Positions 28,363-36,195 of a stretch of 64,000 bases of DNA are shown here, in pieces (the stretch's first letter is position 1; every line of letters begins with the position of its first letter). The notes beneath the pieces were generated by a model. That model was not told where the DNA came from, searched no databases, and worked only from the letters and a program-made list of their open reading frames with translations. The stretch comes from Candidatus Iainarchaeum sp. (GTDB taxonomy: Archaea; Iainarchaeota; Iainarchaeia; Iainarchaeales; UBA10219): positions 1-64,000 of the forward strand of contig JAGVWE010000002.1 of assembly GCA_018304425.1 (NCBI GenBank), in the 5' to 3' direction. Made by a program: the position numbers and the translations under genes.

Positions 28363-29010
28363 ATGGAAATGGTTTCCCTGAAAGCCCCCAAGACCTTTGA
28401 AGTGGTGGAAGCGATCCTGGAACAAAAAAAATTCACGCAATTGGCGTTGAGCAGGCAAGTCGACGCCTCCTTCGGCATTGTCAACCGCACCACCCGCTGG
28501 CTCGAAGCGAAAAACTACGTCAAGAAGACGGGCAAGTTCTATGAGCTGCGGGACCCGGCCGGCATCCTGTCCTCCCTCGCCGTGTTCCGCGACATGAAAT
28601 CATTGATCATCGACGAAGTCACGGTCAGCCTGACGCCCGCGCAAATAAAGGGCCTCCTCCCCCCCGACCGGGTCTGTTACTGCCTGGAGACCGCGCTGGA
28701 AGAATACTCCAATTACTTCCGCGCCAACCGCGTGTGCGTGTATGTGGACAAGAAAGACGTGCCCCGGCTCCTGGCCCTGCTCGAAAACAGGAAAGGGCCT
28801 GGCACGCAAGTCGTCTTCTACGAGGAAAAGCCGCCCGTCAAAGGGAAAAAACCGACGCTGCCCGAATTCAAGGACACGCAGACGACCAATGAAAGCATCA
28901 ACCGCTGGTACACGCCGCGCACGCGCACGGTCATCGACCTGGTGTGCGACAACAAAGCCTACGCGGCCCAGGACCTCTTCATGAGCCTGTGGGGGATCAA
29001 GCTTGCCTGA
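28363..29010 (+). CDS. Winged-helix protein, AbiEi/type IV antitoxin-like
   Basis: FTQLALSRQVDASFGIVNRTTRWLE HTH, YELRDP..IL and RTVIDL. Inverted repeat AACTATCAA..TTGATAGTT at 28317-28359. Overlaps the NTase gene. Confidence 0.75.
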   Translation: MEMVSLKAPKTFEVVEAILEQKKFTQLALSRQVDASFGIVNRTTRWLEAKNYVKKTGKFYELRDPAGILSSLAVFRDMKSLIIDEVTVSLTPAQIKGLLPPDRVCYCLETALEEYSNYFRANRVCVYVDKKDVPRLLALLENRKGPGTQVVFYEEKPPVKGKKPTLPEFKDTQTTNESINRWYTPRTRTVIDLVCDNKAYAAQDLFMSLWGIKLA

Positions 29011-29800
29011 GACCTCATACGCCGGCGACTATCGCCCGGAAGTCACCGACCTCTCCCGCGAAGAACTCCGCAACTTCCTGGACTGGTGCGCCAAACTGCT
29101 CGGCTACGAACCCACCATCATCGGCGGCTGGGCGGTCTACGCGCACGTGCCGGGACATCTCGGCTCCAGGGACATCGACGTGGTGTTCCCCACCAACCGA
29201 GCCATCGACGAAGTCATGGACAGATACTACGCCTACAACGGCTTCAAATGCGAGGGCGACCTCGAAAAGACCTTCCACAAGGAAGCGATGGTCGACGGAA
29301 AGACCGAGAAAATAATCTACGACGCGACGAGCTACGAGCGGAGGAATCGGCTGAAGGAAAAGGACTCCATCGAAATCCCCTGGAACCTCATCGAAACCCA
29401 CAAGGAACGCAAAGACCTGGCCGGCTTGAGCCTCTGGACGCCCAGCCTCGAGCTCCTCCTATTGTACAAGGTGAAAGCCTACCGGGACAGGAGCCATGAG
29501 CTATTGCACAAGGGCCTGCTCATCACGCCCGGCGACCGGAACCGGCTCAACTCCAAGATATGGAAGGACGCGGAGGACATCAAGGCGCTCGACGGCCTCG
29601 GAAAGACGGGCAAGAAGGAATTGAACCAGCTGCTCCGACAAACGGGGTTCAAGGAATATTACAAGGAAACGATGCGAGAAATCAGGCGGGTTTCACAGGA
29701 CTGCACGAAATGCGGCAAAACCATCCGGGCCGGCAACCCCAGCCAATTGAAAATCAACGTGGCACTGCACCTCAAAAAACACGAGATAGACGGCTACTAA
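29003..29800 (+). CDS. Pol-beta-superfamily nucleotidyltransferase (AbiEii-like) with a C-terminal C2H2-like finger
   Basis: IIGGWAV, SRDIDVV, LLLYKVKA and KDAEDI. The tail reads CTKC-x19-HLKKH. Confidence 0.82.
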   Translation: MPETSYAGDYRPEVTDLSREELRNFLDWCAKLLGYEPTIIGGWAVYAHVPGHLGSRDIDVVFPTNRAIDEVMDRYYAYNGFKCEGDLEKTFHKEAMVDGKTEKIIYDATSYERRNRLKEKDSIEIPWNLIETHKERKDLAGLSLWTPSLELLLLYKVKAYRDRSHELLHKGLLITPGDRNRLNSKIWKDAEDIKALDGLGKTGKKELNQLLRQTGFKEYYKETMREIRRVSQDCTKCGKTIRAGNPSQLKINVALHLKKHEIDGY

Positions 29801-29829
29801 GGGAAGAATTTTTCGTACACGCCGTGCAA

Positions 29830-29945
29830 CCCGCCCCGCCGTCCCCCGCTCGCAATCGACCTAATTCGGCGGGCGCTGCAGGGCTCGCTTCCTTTCCTCT
29901 TGGTCGGTCTCGCCTCCGCCCAGATGATCGCGCAAGGCCCCCGGA
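29830..29945 (-). repeat. Island repeat R, copy 6
   Basis: Minus strand GGGGCCTTGCGCGATC...GGAGGCGAGACCGACCAAGAGGAAAGGAAGCGAGCC...GCGGGGGACGGCGGGGCGGG, collinear with copy 3. Confidence 0.78.
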
Positions 29946-29961
29946 GAACCAAGACAAGCCG

Positions 29962-29995
29962 AACAAAATATAAATTATTCGACGATTGACGTATA
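29962..29995 (+). promoter_or_regulatory. Island motif M copy 4
   Basis: AACAAAATATAAATTATTCGACGATTGACGTATA. Followed by the perfect 18-bp palindrome TAATTAAACGTTTAATTA (30026-30043) before the antitoxin. Confidence 0.75.
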
Positions 29996-30044
29996 TTAGG
30001 ATAAAGGGAATCCACCGAAACGATTTAATTAAACGTTTAATTAT

Positions 30045-30287
30045 ATGTCGGGTATGGTGCAAGTGGTGTTGTCTTTGAAGCAGGAGACCGAGCAGAAGCT
30101 GCGCAGGATGGCTCGGGAACTCAAGGGCGGAAAGAAGGGCGCGCTCTCCGCGGTCGTGACCGAGGCGCTCGACGAGTACGAGCAACGGGCCCAACAGATG
30201 CTGGCCCTCGAGAAGCTGCGAAAAATCGCGGACAAGGGCTTAAAGCTCGGCATCACGAAATTCAACCGGGAAGACGCCTATGACTAA
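30045..30287 (+). CDS. RHH antitoxin (paralog of 12985-13257)
   Basis: VVLSLKQETEQKLRRMA...GGKKGALSAVVTEAL...FNREDAYD. Confidence 0.85.
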   Translation: MSGMVQVVLSLKQETEQKLRRMARELKGGKKGALSAVVTEALDEYEQRAQQMLALEKLRKIADKGLKLGITKFNREDAYD

Positions 30288-30708
30288 CGAGGAGCCCATG
30301 CTGGTGGACAGCAACGTCCTGATCTACTTGGTCGACCACTCGGATGCGACCAAACACGCCGCGGCCCGCCGGCTGCTGGAAGAAATCATCCGCCACCCGC
30401 AAAACTATGTCGTGGCCACCCAGAACCTGCGCGAATTCGCTTCCGTGGCTCTCAAGAAGATGGGCCTCGACTACGCGGAACTCCTGGAAGCCTGCGACAC
30501 CTTCACCCGAAGCTTTGGCCGGATCCTGAGCGACACCGTGCGGGACGCCGTGGAAGCCTTCGCCCTCGCCAAGCGAACCAATTCCAGCTATTGGGATGCG
30601 CTATTAGCCAGCACCATGACCCGCAACGACGTGCACACCATCCTCACCGAAGACGAAAAGGACTTCAAGAAGTTTCCCGGCCTCGAAGTCATCAACCCAT
30701 TCAGGTGA
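30280..30708 (+). CDS. PIN-domain (VapC) toxin (paralog of 12588-13028)
   Basis: LVDSNVLIY, QNLREF, YWDALL and TEDEKDF. Confidence 0.92.
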   Translation: MTNEEPMLVDSNVLIYLVDHSDATKHAAARRLLEEIIRHPQNYVVATQNLREFASVALKKMGLDYAELLEACDTFTRSFGRILSDTVRDAVEAFALAKRTNSSYWDALLASTMTRNDVHTILTEDEKDFKKFPGLEVINPFR

Positions 30709-30710
30709 GG

Positions 30711-31007
30711 GGCACCGGCAACCAGAACCCAACGCAATAGCCACCCTCTTCGGTGAACGCGTTTCTGTCCCAAATGGGGCAGGAAAAACCCGCAATTTGT
30801 ATTAACGAAAAAAGCACTATAGGGTACTTGGTGTTGGTGGGGGCACGGGTGCGCGGCAACCATCATTGGGCCACAAAGCCCCTTGAAAGTGCTGCCCGAC
30901 AAGGAGCTCCTTCGGACTTCGGTCCGATAGCCCACTGCTACGGCAAGGGCGAGAAGGATTCTTTTGCCCGTGTAACATCAACACCATTTACTCTCCTTCT
31001 CGGTGCC
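30711..31007 (+). ncRNA. Putative ~300-nt structured non-coding RNA, class unknown
   Basis: Nested stems GGCACCGG/TCGGTGCC, AGGGTA/TACTCT, TGGTGTTGGTG/CATCAACACCA and CACGGGT/GCCCGTG, plus a C(UUCG)G hairpin CGGACTTCGGTCCG. Most wobble pairs favour the + strand. Confidence 0.5.
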
Positions 31008-31082
31008 AGCGTTCGGCGATTGTACCAGTTTCTTGGCCATGATTTATAAGCCTTTTACCTTCCATTGCATGCGGGAAAAAAA

Positions 31083-31589
31083 ATGGCGAAACCCTTGCAA
31101 GGACTGCGAAAGACCTTGGAGGCCCTGCACTTCCGGCTCCGGGTGGCGACTGGCTCGAAACCGGAACGGCCGGGGTTCCGACAGGAGTCCACCGACCTGG
31201 CTGCCTTCCAGCAAAGCGTCAAGCAACGGAGCTACTGGCAGCTGTGCCGCGACGTTTCCGGGAGAGCCGAACTCCTGCGGTTGCGGGCCCTGAGCTGGCG
31301 CGAGCGGCTGGTCGACCACCTGGGCCGCGTCGAAAGGGAAATGGAGCGGCTGCTGCCGGCCAAGGACCGCGCGCAGGTCCTCCAAAAATACGGCGCGGTC
31401 TGGAAGGTGGAAGCCGTGGAAGCCGGGAAAAACCGGGAAGGGTTCGCATGGTACCAGGCCGAGCACGAGCAAGGCGTGCACGAAATCGAGCGCTACTTCG
31501 AGCTCGCCAAACAACAAGACCAGGTCCTCAAAGCCATGGAAGACGAGCTCGAGGCCCGGCGCGAGGCCGAGCCGGCCGAAAAACTCTGA
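31083..31589 (+). CDS. Hypothetical helical protein
   Basis: 168-aa ORF with host-like codon usage and no recognisable motif. Confidence 0.65.
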   Translation: MAKPLQGLRKTLEALHFRLRVATGSKPERPGFRQESTDLAAFQQSVKQRSYWQLCRDVSGRAELLRLRALSWRERLVDHLGRVEREMERLLPAKDRAQVLQKYGAVWKVEAVEAGKNREGFAWYQAEHEQGVHEIERYFELAKQQDQVLKAMEDELEARREAEPAEKL

Positions 31590-31765
31590 TTTGTTCCCCG
31601 CACCGGAAATGACGGGTATCCGGCGCCTTAAATAGGGGCAAGCGCGTAAGGTTAGCGTGGGGGGCAAGCCCATCAGACTGCTTCTTCGGCTCGGCTTGCC
31701 TAACCCATTCACCCCCTCCCCCGAAGGCCACAGGGAATAAAACAACTTCTGCGGATGGATGGGGT

Positions 31766-32476
31766 GTGAAGACCGTGAAACGCGTGGCCATCGTCGCCAA
31801 GCGGGCGAGCGTGCGCGCGAAGACGCGGAAGACCGTGAAGCGGTTTGGCTACCGCATCGTGAACCGGAAACCCGACGTGGTGGTGGCCATTGGAGGGGAT
31901 GGAACCTACTTGCACGCGGAACGGGTTTTCCCGGGTGTGCCCAAGCTCTTGATTCGGGACAGCCGCATTTGCTTGAAGTGCAACGACGAGAGCCTGCGCG
32001 TCCTCCTCAAGGCCTGCGAGGCCGGCTACCGCGTGGAACGCCCGATGAAGCTCGCCGCGGCAGTGCACAGAAACCACTCGAAGACCCGGCCCCGGCTGGC
32101 CGCCAACGACGTCGTGATACGGAATAGAGAGCAAACCCAGGCCATCCGGTTCACCGTGAAAGTAAACGGCAAGGACCTGGATGGAACCCTGATTGGAGAC
32201 GGAGTAGTCATTGCCACGCCGTTCGGCAGCCAGGCCTACTACCAGGCGATCACGGGAAAGGGCTTCCGGAAAGGGATGGGCATCGCGTTCAACAACGTGG
32301 CCGGCAAGCGCAAGGGCTTGGTCGTCCGGGAGACCACGGAAATCACGGTCATTCTCCGGCGCGGCCGCGCCCTGGTCTCCTTCGACAACGACCCCGCCAT
32401 GGTAGCCCTCGCCCCCGGCGACCGGGTAACCGTGAAGAAGGCCAGGGAACGGGCGAGCATCCTGCGGCTGGCCTAA
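31766..32476 (+). CDS. nadK: NAD(+) kinase
   Basis: IGGDGTYL, AANDV and GDGVVIATPFGSQAY. Confidence 0.88.
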   Translation: MKTVKRVAIVAKRASVRAKTRKTVKRFGYRIVNRKPDVVVAIGGDGTYLHAERVFPGVPKLLIRDSRICLKCNDESLRVLLKACEAGYRVERPMKLAAAVHRNHSKTRPRLAANDVVIRNREQTQAIRFTVKVNGKDLDGTLIGDGVVIATPFGSQAYYQAITGKGFRKGMGIAFNNVAGKRKGLVVRETTEITVILRRGRALVSFDNDPAMVALAPGDRVTVKKARERASILRLA

Positions 32477-32542
32477 GGCAAGGGATTCAACGCTCCAAGC
32501 ACGCCCCCAACCTTTAAATACCTTGAAGCCCTAATTTATGGG

Positions 32543-33355
32543 ATGAAGGCAAAAATCGACTTGCTGCGCAGGAAACTCATTCACAAGGCGCGGGAACGGG
32601 TGACCGAGAAGTTCACGGGCCGCGACCAGCACGTCATCAAGGCGATCGGCGTGTTGGGGGACTTGGACAACGTGTTCAACTTGTTGTTCGAGCAGGTCAG
32701 GGAATGGTATGGCATGCACTTCCCGGAACTCGAGCGAATGTGCAACGACAACGCGGTGTACCTGAAGCTGGCCTACCACCTCGGCGACCGCAAGAATTTT
32801 TTGTTCGAGAAAATCTGCGAGCACTACGAGAACCAACTGGCCGCCAAGCAAATCGAGGAAAAGGCCGGGCAGAGCCTGGGCTCGCCCGTCGAAGAAGAAG
32901 ACCTCGCGGAAATCCGGTTGCTGGCCTTGAACGCCTTGAACCTCCGCGAGGAACGCGAGTTTTTGGTGAAGTACCTGGAGAAGGCCATGAAACAGGTGTG
33001 CCCCAATGTCTTGGCCGTGGCCGGTGCCCTCGTGGGCGGAAAGCTGTTGGCCACGGCGGGGAGCCTCAAGCGGATGGCCATGATGCCGGGGAGTACTTTG
33101 CAGGTATTGGGCGCGGAAAAGGCCTTGTTCTCGCACCTCCGCAAGGGCACCTTGAGCCCCAAGCACGGCCACGTGTACCAGCATCCCCTGGTGCGCGGCG
33201 TGGCGAAGAACAAGAAGGGCCGGATGGCGCGCACCCTGGGAGCGAAAATCGCGTTGGCCGCGAAGAAAGACTTTTTCGGCAAAAAAGAGGACTGCCAGGC
33301 GGAACTCCAGGCGCTCAACCGGCGCGCGGAACAACTCGGGGGCGCGCGCAAGTGA
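32543..33355 (+). CDS. nop5: C/D box sRNP protein Nop5 (Nop56/58)
   Basis: REWYGMHFPEL, PNV, STLQVLGAEKALF, PKHG and GRMARTL. Confidence 0.94.
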   Translation: MKAKIDLLRRKLIHKARERVTEKFTGRDQHVIKAIGVLGDLDNVFNLLFEQVREWYGMHFPELERMCNDNAVYLKLAYHLGDRKNFLFEKICEHYENQLAAKQIEEKAGQSLGSPVEEEDLAEIRLLALNALNLREEREFLVKYLEKAMKQVCPNVLAVAGALVGGKLLATAGSLKRMAMMPGSTLQVLGAEKALFSHLRKGTLSPKHGHVYQHPLVRGVAKNKKGRMARTLGAKIALAAKKDFFGKKEDCQAELQALNRRAEQLGGARK

Positions 33356-33882
33356 CGCTCTCCCTGCAGGAGGCCGTGAACCTCTTGTTCGAGTTCCGGT
33401 TCAAGCAGATGACTTCCGCCGACGCGACCATGGACGAAAAAGCGTTCAACGACGCCCGCGAAGTCGTGAAAATCCATTTTGTGACGACCGGCAACGCGGA
33501 GGCCGCCGGCGAGTGGGCGTTGCAGGGCATCGTGCACGACCTGGATGCCCTGAAAAAGCAGGGCCTGTTGTCGGCGGAGCAGGTGGCGCGGCTGGAGGAC
33601 AAGCCCGTGAAACGCTATGCCAGCGTCCGGAAGCTCTTGCGGCTGCCGAGCATCGCGCCGAAGGTGCGCGAGTTGCTGGCGCGGCTGGACGCGCCGAAGC
33701 TCAAGGGCATTTACTCGAAGGAATTCGAGCGCGAGCAAGGCGAGGTGGCCAAGGAATTGATGCGCGAGCAGACCCTGAAAACCCTCAAACAACAGTTTGC
33801 CAAGGCCTCGGAAAAAGACGTGCAAATCGTGGAAGAGTATCTCATGGCGTACGAGCTCGACAAGCAGGAGCAGGGCTCGTGA
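33352..33882 (+). CDS. Hypothetical protein between nop5 and fibrillarin
   Basis: GTGA overlap with the nop5 stop. 176 aa, charged and helical (the C-terminal part of the 32704 ORF). Confidence 0.75.
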   Translation: MTLSLQEAVNLLFEFRFKQMTSADATMDEKAFNDAREVVKIHFVTTGNAEAAGEWALQGIVHDLDALKKQGLLSAEQVARLEDKPVKRYASVRKLLRLPSIAPKVRELLARLDAPKLKGIYSKEFEREQGEVAKELMREQTLKTLKQQFAKASEKDVQIVEEYLMAYELDKQEQGS

Positions 33883-33924
33883 GCCAGCAACCCCTTAAAA
33901 ACAGTTCAGCCCCTCTTTTCCTTG

Positions 33925-34593
33925 ATGCCGCTAAAGAAGCTGTTTGAAGGGGTTTACCGGGGAGAGGGCCGGCTTTGGACCGAGAACCTGGTGCCTGGCA
34001 AGCCCGTGTACGGCGAGGACTTGCGCGACTTCAATGGCCGGGAATTCCGGGCCTGGAACCCGTTCCGCAGCAAGCTGGCTTCCGCCATCGAAAAGGGGTT
34101 GAAGGAGTTCCCGGTGCGGGCGGGCGGCAGGGTGCTGTACCTTGGGAGCAGTGAGGGAACGACTGCCAGCCACTTGTCGGACGTCATCGGGGGAACGGGC
34201 CTGCTGGTGGGAGTGGATGTGAGCGAGCGCAGCATGAAGAAGTTCCTCGAGTTGTGCGAGCAACGCGAGAACATGGTGCCCGTGCTCGCGGACGCGAACC
34301 AGCCGGAGGGCTATGCCGATGCCTTGGAGGACGTGAAGGTCGACTTGCTGTACCAGGACGTCTCGCAGAAAAACCAGGCCGAAATCTTTTTGAAGAACGC
34401 GCGCGCGTTCCTCGGCAAAGGCAAACCAGCCATGCTGTGCGTGAAAGCGCGCTCCATTGACTCCGCGAAGAAGGCCTCGAGGATCATCGGCGACGAAGTG
34501 CGGTTGCTGGAAAAGGAATTCGAAGTGCGGCAGGTACTGGAACTCTCGCCGTTCGAGAAAGACCATGCCCTGGTGTACGGCAGGAAGAAGTGA
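33925..34593 (+). CDS. flpA: Fibrillarin-like rRNA 2'-O-methyltransferase
   Basis: VYGE, WNPFRSKLAS, VLYLGSSEGTTASHLSD, YQDVSQ and KARSID. Confidence 0.96.
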   Translation: MPLKKLFEGVYRGEGRLWTENLVPGKPVYGEDLRDFNGREFRAWNPFRSKLASAIEKGLKEFPVRAGGRVLYLGSSEGTTASHLSDVIGGTGLLVGVDVSERSMKKFLELCEQRENMVPVLADANQPEGYADALEDVKVDLLYQDVSQKNQAEIFLKNARAFLGKGKPAMLCVKARSIDSAKKASRIIGDEVRLLEKEFEVRQVLELSPFEKDHALVYGRKK

Positions 34594-34597
34594 GAGC

Positions 34598-35440
34598 ATG
34601 CAGGCGCGCGCCTATGGCCCAAGCCACGTCACGGGTTTCTTCAAGATTTACGCGAACGGCTCGACGGGAGCCGGCTTCAATCTGGAGGAAGGCATGCGGA
34701 CGAGGGTGGAAACCGGGAAAGGCGGGGGAGAAACGGTGTTGATTAATGGTAAAACCGACGCTGCCCCGGTGTCGCGGAACGTCATCCGGAAGTTCAGGGC
34801 CTTGACCGGGTTCAGGGGTCGGGTCCGGGTGGGACATGAAACCAGGGTCCCCATTGGCTTTGGCTTGGGCATGAGCGGCGCGGGAGCGTACTCGCTGGCG
34901 TTGGCGTTGAACCAGGCGCTGAGGGCGGGCCTGGACGCGCGGGGCGTGCTGCGCCAGGCGTTTGACGCGGAAATCGAGGAAGGCACCGGGCTGGGCACGG
35001 TCATCGCCGACCAGGGCAGGGGCTTGTTGCTGGGCCTTCCCCCATACCCTTCAAGGAAGGCACGGGAACTGAAAAGCGGGTGGCGGCACGCCGTGGTGGG
35101 GTTCTTCCACCCCATCCGGACAAAGTCCATCATCCGCAGCCGGCAGTGGAAGGAAAAAATCAACGAGGCCGGGGAGCGCGCGCTCAAGAAGTTCAGGCGC
35201 GAGCCGACCGCGAAGCGATTCGTGGAGTGTGCGAGGCGGTTCACGTTTGAAACCGGCCTTGCCAGCCGGCAAGTCGAGCGCGTGATGGAAGAAGTTCCTG
35301 GCACGAGCATGGCCATGCTGGGGGAAACCGTGTTCGGGTTGACCAGCCGGCCGGCGGAACTGCGGAAGCAGTTGCAAGCGTACACGGAAAGAGTGCTGGT
35401 GTCGGGGTTCAACCGCTGGCCCGCGAGGGTGGTGAAGTGA
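34598..35440 (+). CDS. Pantoate kinase (archaeal GHMP family)
   Basis: PSHVTGFF, GSTGAG, PIGFGLGMSGAGA, TGLGTV and SMAMLGETVF. Coupled to PPS. Confidence 0.92.
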   Translation: MQARAYGPSHVTGFFKIYANGSTGAGFNLEEGMRTRVETGKGGGETVLINGKTDAAPVSRNVIRKFRALTGFRGRVRVGHETRVPIGFGLGMSGAGAYSLALALNQALRAGLDARGVLRQAFDAEIEEGTGLGTVIADQGRGLLLGLPPYPSRKARELKSGWRHAVVGFFHPIRTKSIIRSRQWKEKINEAGERALKKFRREPTAKRFVECARRFTFETGLASRQVERVMEEVPGTSMAMLGETVFGLTSRPAELRKQLQAYTERVLVSGFNRWPARVVK

Positions 35441-36195
35441 AAACCGAAAACCTGCCCAAAAACCATCCCCGGTATCGCTCCCTGCTGGAACGGCACCGAC
35501 TCGAAGAAGGGGTGCGGAAGGGGTTGACGTCCCTGCAGGGGCTCCTCGCACATGGAAGGGGAGAGGCCTTTGACTACTTGTTTGGCGAGAGGACCCGGTC
35601 GTGGGCGCGGAAGGCCGAACGGGCGGCCGCGGCGGAGTTGTTGTTGGCCCGGCATCCCGTCCTTTCGGTGAACGGGAACACCGCGGCGTTGTGCCCCCTG
35701 GAAATGATTGCGTTGGCGCGGGCGCTGGGCTGCCGGCTCGAAGTCAACTTGTTTTATGGGCCGGCCGGGCGTCGGAAGAAAATCGCGGCCCATTTCAAGG
35801 AACTGGGAGAGGAACTCCTGGGAGCCAAGCCGGACGCGGTGTTGAAGGGCTTGAAATCCAACCGTGCCCGGGTGGACCGTCGGGGCATCTTCAAAGCCGA
35901 CGTGGTGCTGGTGCCGTTGGAGGACGGGGACCGGACCGAGGCCCTGCGGAAGGCCGGGAAGAAGGTCATCGCCATCGACTTAAACCCCTTGTCAAGGACC
36001 GCGCGGAAAGCCGACTTGACGGTGGTCGACCATGTCGCGCGCGCCGTGCCCGCGATAACCCGGGAAGTCAAGCGGTTCAAGCTGACGCCAACGGCCAAGC
36101 TGCGGAAAATCGCGCTGGCCTTTGACAACCGCGCCGGCCTCCGGCAAGCGATAGGGTTTTTAAGCCCAAAAACCAAGGGGGGTGGGAAAGCATGA
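35437..36195 (+). CDS. Phosphopantothenate synthetase (archaeal PPS)
   Basis: HPRYRSL, AHGRGEAFDYL, SVNGN, VPLEDGDR and IDLNPLSRT. Confidence 0.95.
   Translation: MKTENLPKNHPRYRSLLERHRLEEGVRKGLTSLQGLLAHGRGEAFDYLFGERTRSWARKAERAAAAELLLARHPVLSVNGNTAALCPLEMIALARALGCRLEVNLFYGPAGRRKKIAAHFKELGEELLGAKPDAVLKGLKSNRARVDRRGIFKADVVLVPLEDGDRTEALRKAGKKVIAIDLNPLSRTARKADLTVVDHVARAVPAITREVKRFKLTPTAKLRKIALAFDNRAGLRQAIGFLSPKTKGGGKA

Noticed and set aside
12588-30708. Classical integron (intI + attC cassettes)
   Set aside because: No integron integrase. The R repeats lack RYYYAAC...GTTRRRY palindromic structure, and genes face both directions with their own promoters.
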